Positions 56,970-57,044 of a stretch of DNA of 57,044 nt are shown piece after piece. A program made the position numbers and the translations under genes. The notes beneath the pieces are model-generated. The model made no database searches. It was not told the origin of the DNA and saw only the letters and a program-made list of their open reading frames with translations. Source of the DNA: Ruminococcaceae bacterium UBA7147 (GTDB taxonomy: Bacteria > Bacillota > Clostridia > Oscillospirales > Acutalibacteraceae); the NCBI GenBank assembly GCA_002491825.1, contig DKWR01000024.1, forward strand, positions 1 to 57,044, given 5' to 3'. Each line of letters starts with the position of its first letter. The first letter of the stretch is position 1.

Positions 56970-57044
56970 AGCGCTCTGTGTGTGTTTATTACTCTTATAA
57001 GATTTCAAAGTTATTTAGTTAATAAACGATAATTTAGCGTTGGA

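Overview
A 57-kb chromosomal segment of a low-GC Firmicute. The dockerin motifs (GDVNGDGxVNxxDATxIQ) and starch-module-like proteins suggest a Ruminococcus bromii-like gut ruminococcus, but this is inference. Most genes lie on the minus strand. Housekeeping content: proC, spoIIM, MarR plus a heterodimeric ABC exporter, pgeF, ppa, the purE-F-M-N-(purO-like)-H-D operon, SPFH/NfeD, bofA, secG, a ParE/ParC-like type IIA topoisomerase pair, uvrB, radC, pyrE and LexA-boxed dinB. The most unusual region is 82-11409, an AT-rich minus-strand operon. In transcription order it has a sigmaA promoter, a ~106-nt multi-branched 5' leader RNA, a secreted CotH-family kinase with a degenerate dockerin (1322 aa), a 1693-aa secreted modular protein, a translationally coupled 46-aa acidic peptide with a YxxP RiPP-leader-like motif, an LRR-dockerin protein and an HPr-kinase-like P-loop protein, with stem-loops in three of the four intergenic gaps. 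Other notable items: a DUF5685/DnaJ-TPR operon with DDxxD motifs and a 10-Cys tail, a PurF with substituted active-site loops, a GH24 lysozyme split by an SH3b insertion, strand-biased GTAG-type REP elements, a nested foldback element and a MITE with IS1182-like ends. No rRNA, tRNA, CRISPR array, transposase or prophage was recognised. All family assignments are by eye from motifs; no database searches were run.
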